The position numbers and the translations under genes were made by a program. DNA of 64,000 nucleotides from Neodothiora populina (taxonomy: Eukaryota), in the NCBI RefSeq assembly GCF_041146345.1, contig NW_027191414.1, positions 744,001-808,000 on the forward strand. The letters are read 5' to 3'. Below are positions 50,084-64,000 of the stretch, in pieces (position 1 is the first letter of the stretch; each line of letters begins with the position of its first letter). The notes beneath the pieces are model-generated. The model had not been told where the DNA came from and made no database searches. It saw only the letters and a list, made by a program, of their open reading frames with translations.

Positions 50084-50939
50084 ATGCCTTTCCTACAGGT
50101 GAACTACAAGCGCGTCTACTACAAGGACTGGGCGCCGGCCAATGGAGCTACGGCTAAGGGAACGATCGTAATGGTAAGAACTCTTACTCCGGATCATATC
50201 ACAATGTATCTCTGACAGTCTGAAGAGCCACGGCCTTGGGTCGAGCAACAACTACTACACAGCCGTCGTTCCTTCTCTGACGGAACAAGGGTACCGCTGC
50301 ATCTGTCCTGATACCACGGGCTCCGGGCTGTCGCCATATTCCCAGGTCGAGCAGGATGTACACAGTCTGGCATCTGATGTTATAGCACTAATGGACGAAC
50401 TCAAGATCGAAAAGGCGACCTTCGTTGGGCACAGTATGTCTGGTATGACCGGTCCTGAGCTGGCGGCGGAATGGCCCGAGCGTATCACTGGGATGATACT
50501 TGTCGGACCCGTGTGGCCTTCTGCGGATGTGACGAAGGTGTTTGAAGCTCGCGTTGATAAAGTTGCGGAGGAAGGCATGGATCCAATGGCCGATACTGTT
50601 CCCTACGCAGCAGTGGGCTCGAAGGCGCAACGAGTGCATTCAGCCTTCATCAGAGAGCTGGTTCTGGGTATGGATCCCGCGGGTTACATCAGCCTGTGCA
50701 GAGTGGTCGCGTATGCCTACAAATCCCCTCCGCAATACGCCAAGGTAAAGTGCCCCACCCTCATCATTGCGGGCGATGAGGACAAAAGCGCCCCTCTACC
50801 AGGTTGCAAGAACATACTAGAGAACATAAGCTCCACGGACAAGAACATGACAGTCTTGGATGGGGTCGGACACTGGCACTGCATTGAAGCGCCCGAAAAG
50901 GTTGGCGAGTTGATGGCGGATTTCATGAAGAGACACTAG
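50084..50939 (+). CDS. Alpha/beta hydrolase, 3-oxoadipate enol-lactonase (PcaD)-like
   Basis: MPFLQVNYKRVYY, intron 50174-50225, then HGLGSS, GHSMSG nucleophile elbow, AGDEDKSAP and GHWH. The substrate is inferred. Confidence 0.85.
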
Positions 50940-51796
50940 ATTGTGTGGGGAGATAAGGCAGATTACTGGCAGGACATCAAATTACAGCTGATAACGAAAT
51001 AATTGACGGAAACTCTGCGCGCAACTCGTACGATGTTGTCTCTTACTGTGATCCTACAGTGAAAGCGCAATCACATAGATTTCATGCAATGTACTGTACA
51101 ATAATATACAGTATCTGCGCATGTCTGGTCGGCAATGCGCAGTCGTCTGCAGGAACACCCGCAAGCTAAGCCTGAAGTAGCAGTCTGAAGTACTGGTACA
51201 GCGTGTCAGATTGTACTCCGTATAGAGGCCAAGAAAGTCAAGTCCTACTGTGACAGGCATCACTCTGACTTAAGATAAACACATCGATAAGACAACGAAA
51301 AGGGCAGCGGTATATTGTTCATCCAAGCAGAAGAACGAGATTGCGGATGGTGAGAATAAAGGTTTGCTGCAGATTGTGGACACGTCCTCGGAGCTTCAAG
51401 GTGGGATGCGATGCGGTGAACGGACGGGCTTGCACTTGCAGCGACAAGGGCCAACAATTTTCACTGACGTTGAAATCGGACCATGTTTTTAGCGCCTCGT
51501 GGGAAATCCAGGGGTCCAAGTTAGCTGCTACCAGATGCGCTACAAAGTGTTTTGATGCCCGTATCGTGTGTCAATCTTCTTGATTGTATTTGTGCCTCTC
51601 TCCCTTGCTTCCCTCGTTGACTTCCAAGTGTTCGTGACTGCCAGATCTGACGCCGGTCAAATCAAGATTCTCTCTCTTCTCCTTCTTCGTACAGCAATCA
51701 AACGCTCTCACAAAGAAATCGCTGTACTGCACTAAACAGTCCACGCGCAAGTAAGGAATTGATCACCAGATCGCTTCCTCAACAATACCATTCAAC

Positions 51797-53316
51797 ATGT
51801 CTGCAAGACCTCAGAATGTCGGCATCAAGGCCATTGAGCTTTACTTCCCTAGCCAGGTAAGTGCGCTTGCGGCGGCAGCTGATTCGCCCGCCCATGGAAC
51901 TTCTGAGCGGCCAGCTGATACTGTAGCCTGTAGTGTGTAGACCAAGCCGAGCTTGAGAGGTTCGATGGAGTCAGCGCTGGAAAGTACACCATTGGCCTCG
52001 GCCAGACCAAGATGAGCTTCTGCGACGACAGAGAAGGTCCGCCGATCTATACTTGAGTGGCTGAAGACAGCTCACGGGACTGACTCGAAATGTTCACAGA
52101 TATCTATTCTCTTGCTCTGACCGCTGTCTCTTCCCTCTTCCGCAAGTACTCAATCGACCCCAAGAACATTGGCCGCATGGAGGTCGGCACAGAGACGCTC
52201 CTCGACAAGTCCAAGTCAGTCAAGTCTGTCCTGATGCAGCTTTTCGAAGAGTCTGGCAACTTCGATGTCGAGGGAGTGGACACGGTCAACGCTTGTTACG
52301 GCGGCACCAACGCACTCTTCAACGCCGTCAACTGGGTCGAGTCCTCAGCTTGGGACGGCCGCGATGCCGTCGTTGTTGCTGGTGACATTGCTCTTTACAA
52401 GAAGGGCGCCGCCAGACCCACCGGCGGTGCAGGTTGCGTCGCCATGCTCGTCGGCCCCGACGCTCCTATTGCCTTCGAGCCTGGTCTCCGTGGCAGCTAC
52501 GTCACTCACGCATACGACTTCTACAAGCCTGACCTCACCAGCGAGTACCCCATCGTCGACGGTCACTTCTCCATCAAGTGCTACACCGAGGCTGTGGACG
52601 CCTGCTACAAGACCTACAACGCGCGCGAGCAGAAGGTCAAGGCGCAGGCAAACGGCAGTGCCAACGGCTCTCACGCCGAGTTGGACACTCCTCTCGACCG
52701 CTTCGACTACATGTGCTTCCACGCCCCTACGTGCAAGCTTGTCGCCAAGTCGTACGCTCGTATGCTCTACAATGACTACCTCACCAACCCCACAAGCCCA
52801 GTCTTCGCCGATGTGCCTCCTGAGCTCAGAGACATGCCCCTCGAGCAATCGCTCAGCGACAAGACTGTAGAGAAGACCTTCATGGGACTCTCCAAGAAGC
52901 GCTTCGCCGCCCGCGTCCAGCCCGCCGTCGAGGTCCCCACCATGTGCGGCAACATGTACACCGCATCCGTCTACGCCTCGCTAGTCTCCCTCCTCGCCAA
53001 CGTGTCGTCGGCAGACCTCCAGGGCAAGCGTGTGGGTATCTTCAGCTACGGCTCCGGTCTCGCATCGTCTTTCTTCTCGCTCAAGGTCCGAGGCAGCACC
53101 GAAGAGATGCAGAAGAAGGTGGATCTCCACACCAGACTCGACTCCCGCAGGGTGGTCGCACCTGAGGTTTACGATGAGATGTGCAACCTCAGAGAGAAGG
53201 CACACTTGAAGAAGAACTTCCAGCCATCCGGCAGCGCCGACACTCTCTTCCCTGGTACTTATTACCTCACTGACGTTGATGACATGTTCCGAAGGAAATA
53301 CGCCATTAAGCAATAG
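51797..53316 (+). CDS. ERG13: Hydroxymethylglutaryl-CoA synthase
   Basis: [44 protein letters not shown] and FSYGSG. Two introns and strongly C-ending codons. Confidence 0.97.
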
Positions 53317-54369
53317 ATGGCAAAGATACCTTTAAGATAAGCGAGAGGTTGTGTTATGCGAGTCGATGCGGCGGGCAGTTGACCCGAGAAAGGTCCTGCA
53401 AGTCAGTGTAGGCGGCGGGTCAGGGACGAGATCAAGACTACGGTACTAGATGAAATAGGATACTTAGCCCGAAAATTCACACACGGTAATGCCATCATGC
53501 CACCCGGGTAGCAACTCCTGGCCTCAGCACAGCGCAGCGCAACATGGAGTAGGAGCGAACAGAGCTTTATTATAGTGGTGATCGACAGACAATCAGCTTC
53601 TCGAGCGTTACACAGGAACATGGCTGTGCACAAGCCAAGTGGACGGTAGTGTGTGGTTTTTCTGTACGGGTGTGTATATGTGTGTGTGTGCAGATTCTCT
53701 GCATCTTGTGTATCACAATCACAATATTTACCACTTTGCCTGTATCATAGGCGACCGACACAGGGCGTCGGGGGCCTCATTACTGATAAGGTACTGTGCC
53801 TTATGTCTTCTACTGTAAAGTATGTGGGCGGGGCGGGCGGCCGTGGAGTTTCAGGCGTGTCGACTTGGTCCACACTGACCAGACTCTCTGTCTCTCTGTC
53901 TCTCTCTCTCTCACACACTGTTACAGTAGATTAATTAACTCGGATTTGCTTCACCAGTTCCAGAGTTCTCCATGGCCATCGACTCACTGGTGCCAGTGCT
54001 AAGCAGAGTAGCCGAGGCGGAGTGTGTTTAGCGTGCGATCAGAGCGATAGGGAAAAGGCAATGGCAGGCACTGGTCGAACGTGCCGTCAGTGGCTTGGCG
54101 CGAGGATTCCAGGCAAGCGCCAACCTTAATCAGCGGTTTTCCCTCCTGAACGACAAGCCGTGTCCGTGACTTCCTCTGCATCACGATATTCGTACCTGAT
54201 CCGCCCACACAAATCCAACCATTCACTCGTTAATCGCCATCATTCGAATCCCTGCTCCGACACCAAAACCATCGCCATCCACAACTTACTACCCCGAAAT
54301 TCCACTCATTGACCCGGTTGTGATTTTCTCGACGTCTCCAAAGGGGTGTCAACCGGCGCGCTCCGGACA

Positions 54370-56689
54370 ATGGAGCGAAACAACGCGCACACACCGCACG
54401 ACAGTGTCGACGTCTTCGACGATGAATTCGCAGTAGACGGCATGGATAGGGTTGCCGATGGTTTCGCACCGGGACGCATTCACAGCAGCAGCAGCAGCAG
54501 CAGCAACACCAACAACAACAACAACTACTCAGGCCACGATGATCACGACGACGATGACGATGACGATGAATTCGAGGAAGAGCCCGCCATCCGCAGTGTT
54601 GCCGCCCAGATGGTCGAGACGCCGACGACACAAACACCGACAGCCACCACGGCATCACCATTGTCGCGTTTCGCAGCCAACAGGAACAGCATGAGGAAGT
54701 CGCGGGATATGCAGAATCCGTTCAGGAGCGTGGAAGACGAAGATGACGATCAGTCCCTATCTGGACGCACTCCCAGCATTCGATCGCAGTCAACAGTCGC
54801 CTATGCACCTGGAAATTATCACCGATCCCTCTCCTCGACTTCATCTCGTGCCTTTGCGCCGTCGACCAATCCACTCAGTGGACCCAGTCATCCATATGCC
54901 ATGTATCCCCAAGGAACAAATCTCGCCCGCACTCCGTCAATCTCTACCGTGTCCACAGCCCGCGCTCCTCAACGGCCGTTGATGGCCGAGCAGGGCCCGA
55001 CCCATCCATACAGCATGTATCCACAGAATGTGTCCGAAGATCTCGAGGAAACGCAGGATCACGGCACACCGGACGTTCAATCTCACATCCCCGTTGGTTT
55101 CCCTGGCAGGACGCAAGCCTTCCGCAGACAACAGGGTCCCGAAGGAGAGGAGCACGACATCATTGGGGTCGATGGACACACTGAGCAGCTCCCTCCTTAT
55201 TCCGAATACCCGGAAGATGGCGCTCCCAAGCATATAGTCATCCCTCAACCTCTCGCTGTAGCCGCGTCGTCAAGTCGAACGCAACTCAGTTTGCCTCTTA
55301 TCCCTAATCAACCGCAAAGTATGGCCGACGCTGGTACGCGAGAGAGCAGCCAGATCTACACAAACATGGAACAGATGGAGTCGAACGAATCTAGCAATGC
55401 AGCGACTGCCAAGTCCTGGAGGGAGAAATCTTGGAGAGAAAAGCGAAAGACCAAGTTCTGCGGTATCCCTTTCTGGTGGCTTTTACTTTCGTTAGGCGTC
55501 CTTGCCTTTATTGCTACAGTGCTCGGCGGCGCCATAGGAGGCTTCATGTCTGCTCAGAAGCGAGAGAACGAGAAACAGTATGTTGACCACAGATGCTGAT
55601 CGTGATATTTGCATTGCTAATCCTTGCTCCAGTAATCCGAAGGGACTGCCCTCCTCGACGTCTTTACTCGATGCCTCTCCTATTCCAACATCGTCGATGG
55701 GTGCTCCACCGCCGACAGGAACCTACGCGCTGACACTCGGGATGCCCGAAGAAACGCGCTCTGCTTGTCTCACGAACCAGAGCTATGCTGCTGCCTGGGA
55801 TTGTAACATCCCGGGTCCTCCGGCACTCGCCATCAGTATCCAGGAGACATCCACGAGCTCCGGAAGTTTCGAGGGTGCTTGCTTGTTCGACACGTCCGAC
55901 TACGACGACTACACAAACTTCAGTTATGGCACTCAAACTCCCAGTACAAGCTTCTCTCAGTTCATCGCAGTGCAGGATAACGATGATCCGGATCGGGGAC
56001 CGGCTTATTATTTCCAGGCCTTGTACGACAAACTCGTCATCCTTCCGCAGAGCTCGCTTCCGTCACCCTATAGTCAGCCAGAGAAAAGAAGCCCTTGGTT
56101 CACAGGCGAGTCGGACTGGTCGACACGTAAGCAGATTGCCGCAGGCGAGAAGCCGTGGTTCTGTTATTGGAACGGTACCATGCTCGAGGGATTCATCTAT
56201 TCGGCCAACTACACGGACGACTCAAACAGCAGCGCCGTCAACCCTGCTTCTATTACTTCTTCTCTTTCCTCGACACCTACTTCTTCATCTTCTTACTTCA
56301 CTACAACCGTCTCCGGTGTTTCCACAACAGCAACATTGACTGCCGCATCCGCAACTTCTGCCACCCCGTCTCCCTACTCTAGCACTAATGCAGAACGGGG
56401 TCCTGACGGCGATGCTTACGATGAGCTTCCATCGTTCGGCCGTCTCGTCAAGATCGAGGAGCGCCGCGTCCAGAGCAATCTCGCGCCGTATTGCCAGCTC
56501 ATGCAAATCCTCGATGATGGTACCGCCGGTGCTGTATCAGACGCAGATGGCAACCCGATCAGGATTACACTTGGGGAAACAGACCCGACCTATGGCGCCT
56601 ACCAAAGTTCTTCCTCTTCTTCATCAGGCTCTTCACGTCGTGATAGAGTTGCAGGCGGCTGCCACTGTCAATGGTGGAGTGAAGTATAA
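54370..56689 (+). CDS. Uncharacterised single-pass membrane protein with disordered N-terminus and Cys-containing C-terminal domain
   Basis: One TM segment (IPFWWLLLSLGVLAFIATVLGGAIGGFM) after a basic patch. Intron 55578-55632 joins it to an exon with CLTNQSYAAAWDC, PWFCYWNGTMLEGFIY, VKIEERR and GCHCQW. Confidence 0.85.
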
Positions 56690-57333
56690 TGCGACGGCAT
56701 TGCCTACGAACGACTTATTTCTACGACTTTACTCCTTAGCGAAACCTCTTGTCTTTCATCATTCATTCCTTACCATTTTTCTTATCGTTCTCTTTAGCGC
56801 TTTTTGTAGGGTGCAGGCGTTGGTGCCCGACAACATGGGTTTTTGTTTATCTTTACTGGAGTTTACTTAGCAACGCCGCTAGAGGCGAGGAAAGGTGAAC
56901 CGGAGTTAGCCTGTTGGCGACTGTCACAAAGTGTCGGTCTAGCAATATCCCCATTTTGACGAGGTTACGGAAATCGAACGAACCTAGAACGCGTCAGCTA
57001 AAAATACGATCTTCAAGATCTTTCATCAGAGCGAGCTTTCCATATGCGATGGTGATGCACCTGTAGTACTATGTCAGTCGTCTTGGTTATTTGTGTTGTG
57101 GCTGTGTTGTAGCGGTTGCTGTATATGCGTACGTCTGAAACGACGCAAATCGCACCTTCTCCAAACTTTTTTCTCGGACGCACGTCACTTGATAGTCATC
57201 ATACAAGGATCATTCGTTGATACTTTGACCAAATGCAATCAATAAGGATTGCCTAGGGTAAGAGCTTGTCGTCAAATAGTCGTTTTCATACACAATCATT
57301 TAATTGAGACGACCCGAGCCCAGCCGTGGAAGC

Positions 57334-58433
57334 ATGAACGTCCTCAATTGCGAGATCGAAAATCGCCCGTACCATGAAGCATTCATGCGCGAGGCCATTG
57401 ACATGGTGAGTCGCCTTCTTCTACTCAATCTAGTTATGGCCTTGGACCATCTCAATCGAGCACCCTCCGCACCAACAGTCGTCGTGCGAAAGGATAATGC
57501 CATGTTATACAAAGTGTCTATGATCTGATGTAAAAAATGGATTTGCTGATGGGTCAGCCTCGCAGGCTGAACTGGCACTGAAATCTGACGAAACACCTGT
57601 TGGATGCGTCTTTGTTCGAGATGGCAAGGTGCTCGCCAGGGGGATGAATGGCACTAATATCAGTATGAACGTGAGTACTGTCTGCTTTTGTGTCTTTGTT
57701 CTTCCTCTTCATCGTTTCAACTCCATCATACACGGCCTTCAATGATGGCCTTGAAAAATCAAAATCTTACACATGTCCCGATGTACTTTTACCACAGGCA
57801 TAACATGTCTGGCACACGCCATCATCGGATCTGCTCATCTGCAGAACGCCCTGCTCATCTATACGCAGGGAACCCGTCATGCCGAATTTGTTGCTCTGAG
57901 CCAGATACTGGCTGAACATCCGCCATCTGTCCTCCAAGACACCGACCTTTACGTTACTGTCGAACCATGCATCATGTGTGCCTCCACCTTGCGCCAATTT
58001 CGGATCCGTGCCGTGTACTTTGGCTGCTTGAATGATCGTTTCGGTGGATGCGGCGGTGTTATGCGGGTTTGTGATGAGTGAGTTCTAGTCTACCTCACCA
58101 CGGCTGAATTAAAACCGTCGATGAGGGACGTGGCTAATTCTCCTTTCTAGCCCGAGTGTTGATCCTCCTTATCCGATCTATGGTGGTATCTACAGAGAAG
58201 AAGCCATCATGTTACTTCGCCGCTTTTACGTCCAGGAAAACGAAAAGGGTGAGTACTTGTCGGGTCTTTCCTGGTCGCTGTATCTGCAGTGAAGAAAGTG
58301 TGTTGCGTCATTCATGATCTAGGCTAATCGTCTTGATACAGCGCCCGAGCCTAAGCAGAAGAAAAACAGAGAGCTGAAGACTGAGATCCTGCCGGTCACG
58401 GTTCAGATTCCCTCTCCGCAGCTCGGAGAATGA
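57334..58433 (+). CDS. TAD2: tRNA-specific adenosine-34 deaminase catalytic subunit
   Basis: FMREAIDM|AELAL...ETPVGCVFV, GTRHAEF, VTVEPCIMCA and LLRRFYVQENEKAP. Introns 57406-57565, 57671-57868, ~58058-58150 and ~58249-58341. Confidence 0.94.
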
Positions 58434-59784
58434 GCCTCAAGCTTGCATAGGTGTCTCATCGTGGATCGAATGCGTATGCAGCATTTGAGAGATCCACGAT
58501 GGATCATTACAGAAGCACAGCCATCACTTGAGGCACGTAGTTAAGTTCTCGAGTGACGCATTTTTGCGACCTTTGATCGACAAACCGACATGATGGGTGA
58601 TCGTCAATTTGTCATGGCCTCAGAAAGGTCCACCTACTTCAGATGTCTTCTCGGACGTCAAGGCGGCTCAGTAACAGTATCTACTACGGAAAACAGCGCA
58701 CCACAACCAGCGCAGTCTCAATCGCAAAAACAGACAGCAGCATAGGGGGAGGCGAATTCATATGGGCAAAGTGTATAAAGAGCAGAAACACAAGTCCAAT
58801 CACGTCGAGGAGGAAGGATTCTGACGAAGATGAGGGGCGAATACGGAGTTCCATAAGATACCATACTTCTTCGTCTGGTGCTAACAACACCAATTGAAGA
58901 TGAAGTCTCACTCGATCAGAGATGATCCAACATCAACTCTTCTTTATTGACAAAGAGCTGTTCTCTCCATAGTTTCTCGTGTGACCATATATATCATGCC
59001 TCGCACATAACCTCGTCTTCCTCGCTGCCTTCTTCACCTACATGATATAGATATCTACCTAGTCATCTACTAAGCAGTGAAAAGACCCCAACCCTAATCA
59101 ATCCATCTTCACCACTTGTCACTCTTTTCCGCCGAGAAGAATTACCTAGGATCCATATTGTTTCTGCCCCTTAATAAGTACGAAGGAACCCTCAAGGGCA
59201 AGAAAGAGATGATTTATAAGACCCAGAAATTATAGATCGACTGACAAGGTAAAAGATGGCTGTGGACTACCGATCTCAGGGAAGAGCAGGGAAAGGTGAG
59301 GTTAGCGCTCGCTGTGAATAAGAAAAGACAGAAGGGGATGGATGTTGATTAGAGCAAAGCTTACTATAGGCAAGCAAGCTCGTTATCAGGGTCGTTGGGG
59401 ATGAGGCAAAAATCACATCACACCTACTTTTGTACATACATATATACAAACGCACATGGCACGCACGAATCGATCTTTGTGGCTCGAGGATCCTCGTTTC
59501 CTTTTTCTGCTTTGCTCTCTGTTCTGTTCGTTCATACAGCTTCTTCTCGTGCCACTAGCAAGCACTACACTGACTACCACCCTCTCTCTGATCTCTCTTC
59601 TCTCTACCTAGAGAAACAAAGCAGGAAATAACTTGTAGATAAGAAAAGGGAAGAAGAGGATATGATACTTTGTTGAACAGTATATGAAGGGATGACAAAT
59701 AAAAAGGGAAAAGATAAAGATAAAGATGAAGATAAGAGACCGGGATGACAAGGCCCTTTTCTTTTGATTCGTTCCGATGCACGA

Positions 59785-59878
59785 ATCTGACTCTCTACTC
59801 TCACTTTCTGTCTCTCTGTCTCGTCTCTCTCTGGGTCTGTCTCTCTCTGGGTCTGTCTCTCTCGCTCTCGCTCTCGGT
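59785..59878 (+). repeat. Degenerate (CT)n-rich low-complexity tract
   Basis: Runs of tctctc with duplicated tctctctctgggtctg units downstream of the YAK1 stop. Confidence 0.8.
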
Positions 59879-60057
59879 CGGGATCCATGCGGTCTCTTCT
59901 GCTTCTTCTTCGTCTTCTTTACCCAAGAAAAAAAAAACCACACCCCTTGCTTGTCGCGTATAGTCGTCATGAGTGCCCTTTCTTTTTGTCAATTGTGTAT
60001 GTCTACCTGTCGCTCTGGACAAATGGAAGTCCTAAGGTACGATCATGTCCATCATGA

Positions 60058-63204
<3,147 letters not shown>

Positions 63205-63420
63205 CAAAACATGCACTGTACTAGCAGTAGATGCACGCGGTGATGCTCAGGACGAATATACCTTGGCGACTTCTGAGAGCTTCGAAGCGCGGGTCGTGTA
63301 GAGCAGAGTAATTAGTGCAGACCAGGGCAGGGCAGAGCACAGCAGGCCGGGCGGCAACAGCAACAGTATTGGCAGCAGCTATAGTAGTGGCAGCAATACC
63401 TTAGTAACAGTTGCAGCACA

Positions 63421-63461
63421 AGCAGAAGCAGAAGCAGAAGCAGAAGCAGAAGCAGAAGCAG
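63421..63461 (+). repeat. (AGCAGA)n hexanucleotide repeat
   Basis: About 7 tandem copies in the region upstream of YAK1. Confidence 0.85.
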
Positions 63462-64000
63462 CCAAGGATAGCGAGGGAGCCGAGGGGTAGACCAAATGCC
63501 CCCCAAGCCACGCGTACCCTATCGTACTGACTACTACCTACTACCTTGTGAGATAATCACTGTATATGAACTATGAGACTCAAGGTTTTGAACACAGTGC
63601 TGAATGACGACCAAGTGCAAAGGGAACAATTGAAGATGGTGCAGGGCCTTGTCAGAGCTGCTGGTGGAAGATCACGAAACCCAGGAAAGAGGGATTGTGC
63701 GCTGTAATTCATGATATGACACCATTTGGCCTTGTCAAGGCTTGCCTAGTCCAGTCCAGTCCAATCCCTAGGCTGGTGGAGTGAGGGTACAGTAACAGTA
63801 AGGCGTGCGCTTTAGAAGTACTGGACCTTTACTGACTTGATACACTAATTCTAAATTCATCAAAGCATGCCATTGCTTGCGTCACCCACAAGCGCGCGCG
63901 CTGCGCACAGAGGGAGAGGAGAGCTTGCTGCTGTCACTTGATTACCTTACCTTATCGACTCTTGAGATATGCTGCGGTACATGCAGTATTCTCTATCGGT

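Noticed and set aside
51025..51771. SRE-like words (CTCGTACGAT at 51025, ATCACCAGAT at 51762) upstream of ERG13
   Set aside because: Only partial matches to SREBP/Upc2 sites. They cannot be told from chance without conservation data.
57406..57868. snoRNAs in the longer TAD2 introns
   Set aside because: No well-formed C box/D box pair with terminal stem or H/ACA architecture was recognisable.
63312..63506. 64-aa poly-Leu/Cys ORF upstream of YAK1
   Set aside because: It is the translation of the (AGCAGA)n and CAG-type microsatellites and has no ATG start.

Overview
This is eukaryotic, intron-containing DNA from a filamentous ascomycete (Pezizomycotina; the proteins look Dothideomycete-like, which is an inference). 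It is a gene-dense core-genome segment with about 24 protein-coding genes, most split by GT-AG introns of 45-70 nt, so the ORF track shows only fragments. I reconstructed the spliced gene models by hand. Recognisable genes are TMA16 (partial), EXO1, MAM33, an OSH/oxysterol-binding protein, LDB17/Dip1, APC2, MED17, ISN1, MEC1/ATR, COX16, ERG13, TAD2 and YAK1. Less characterised genes are an RfeF-like low-complexity protein, a Zn2Cys6 transcription factor, an ABM-fold protein, a class II aldolase, a ubiquitin-like/AN1 zinc-finger fusion, an MFS transporter, an F-box protein, two alpha/beta hydrolases, a secreted Ser/Thr/Pro-rich protein with a His-Pro tail, and a single-pass membrane protein. 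I found no transposon, CRISPR array, rRNA or tRNA. I see no clear new multi-gene system. The best leads are (i) a ~60-aa winged-helix-like insert in the APC2 cullin domain, (ii) a 77-aa ubiquitin-like unit ending in Gly-Gly ahead of an AN1 finger, (iii) an orphan secreted mucin-like protein ending in (HP)8...WWW whose signal-peptide exons are missing from the ORF track, (iv) an uncharacterised membrane protein with NPF, PY and repeated HPYxMYPQ motifs, (v) a recurring AGGTACCT palindrome in upstream regions, and (vi) a possible TF/ABM/aldolase mini-cluster.
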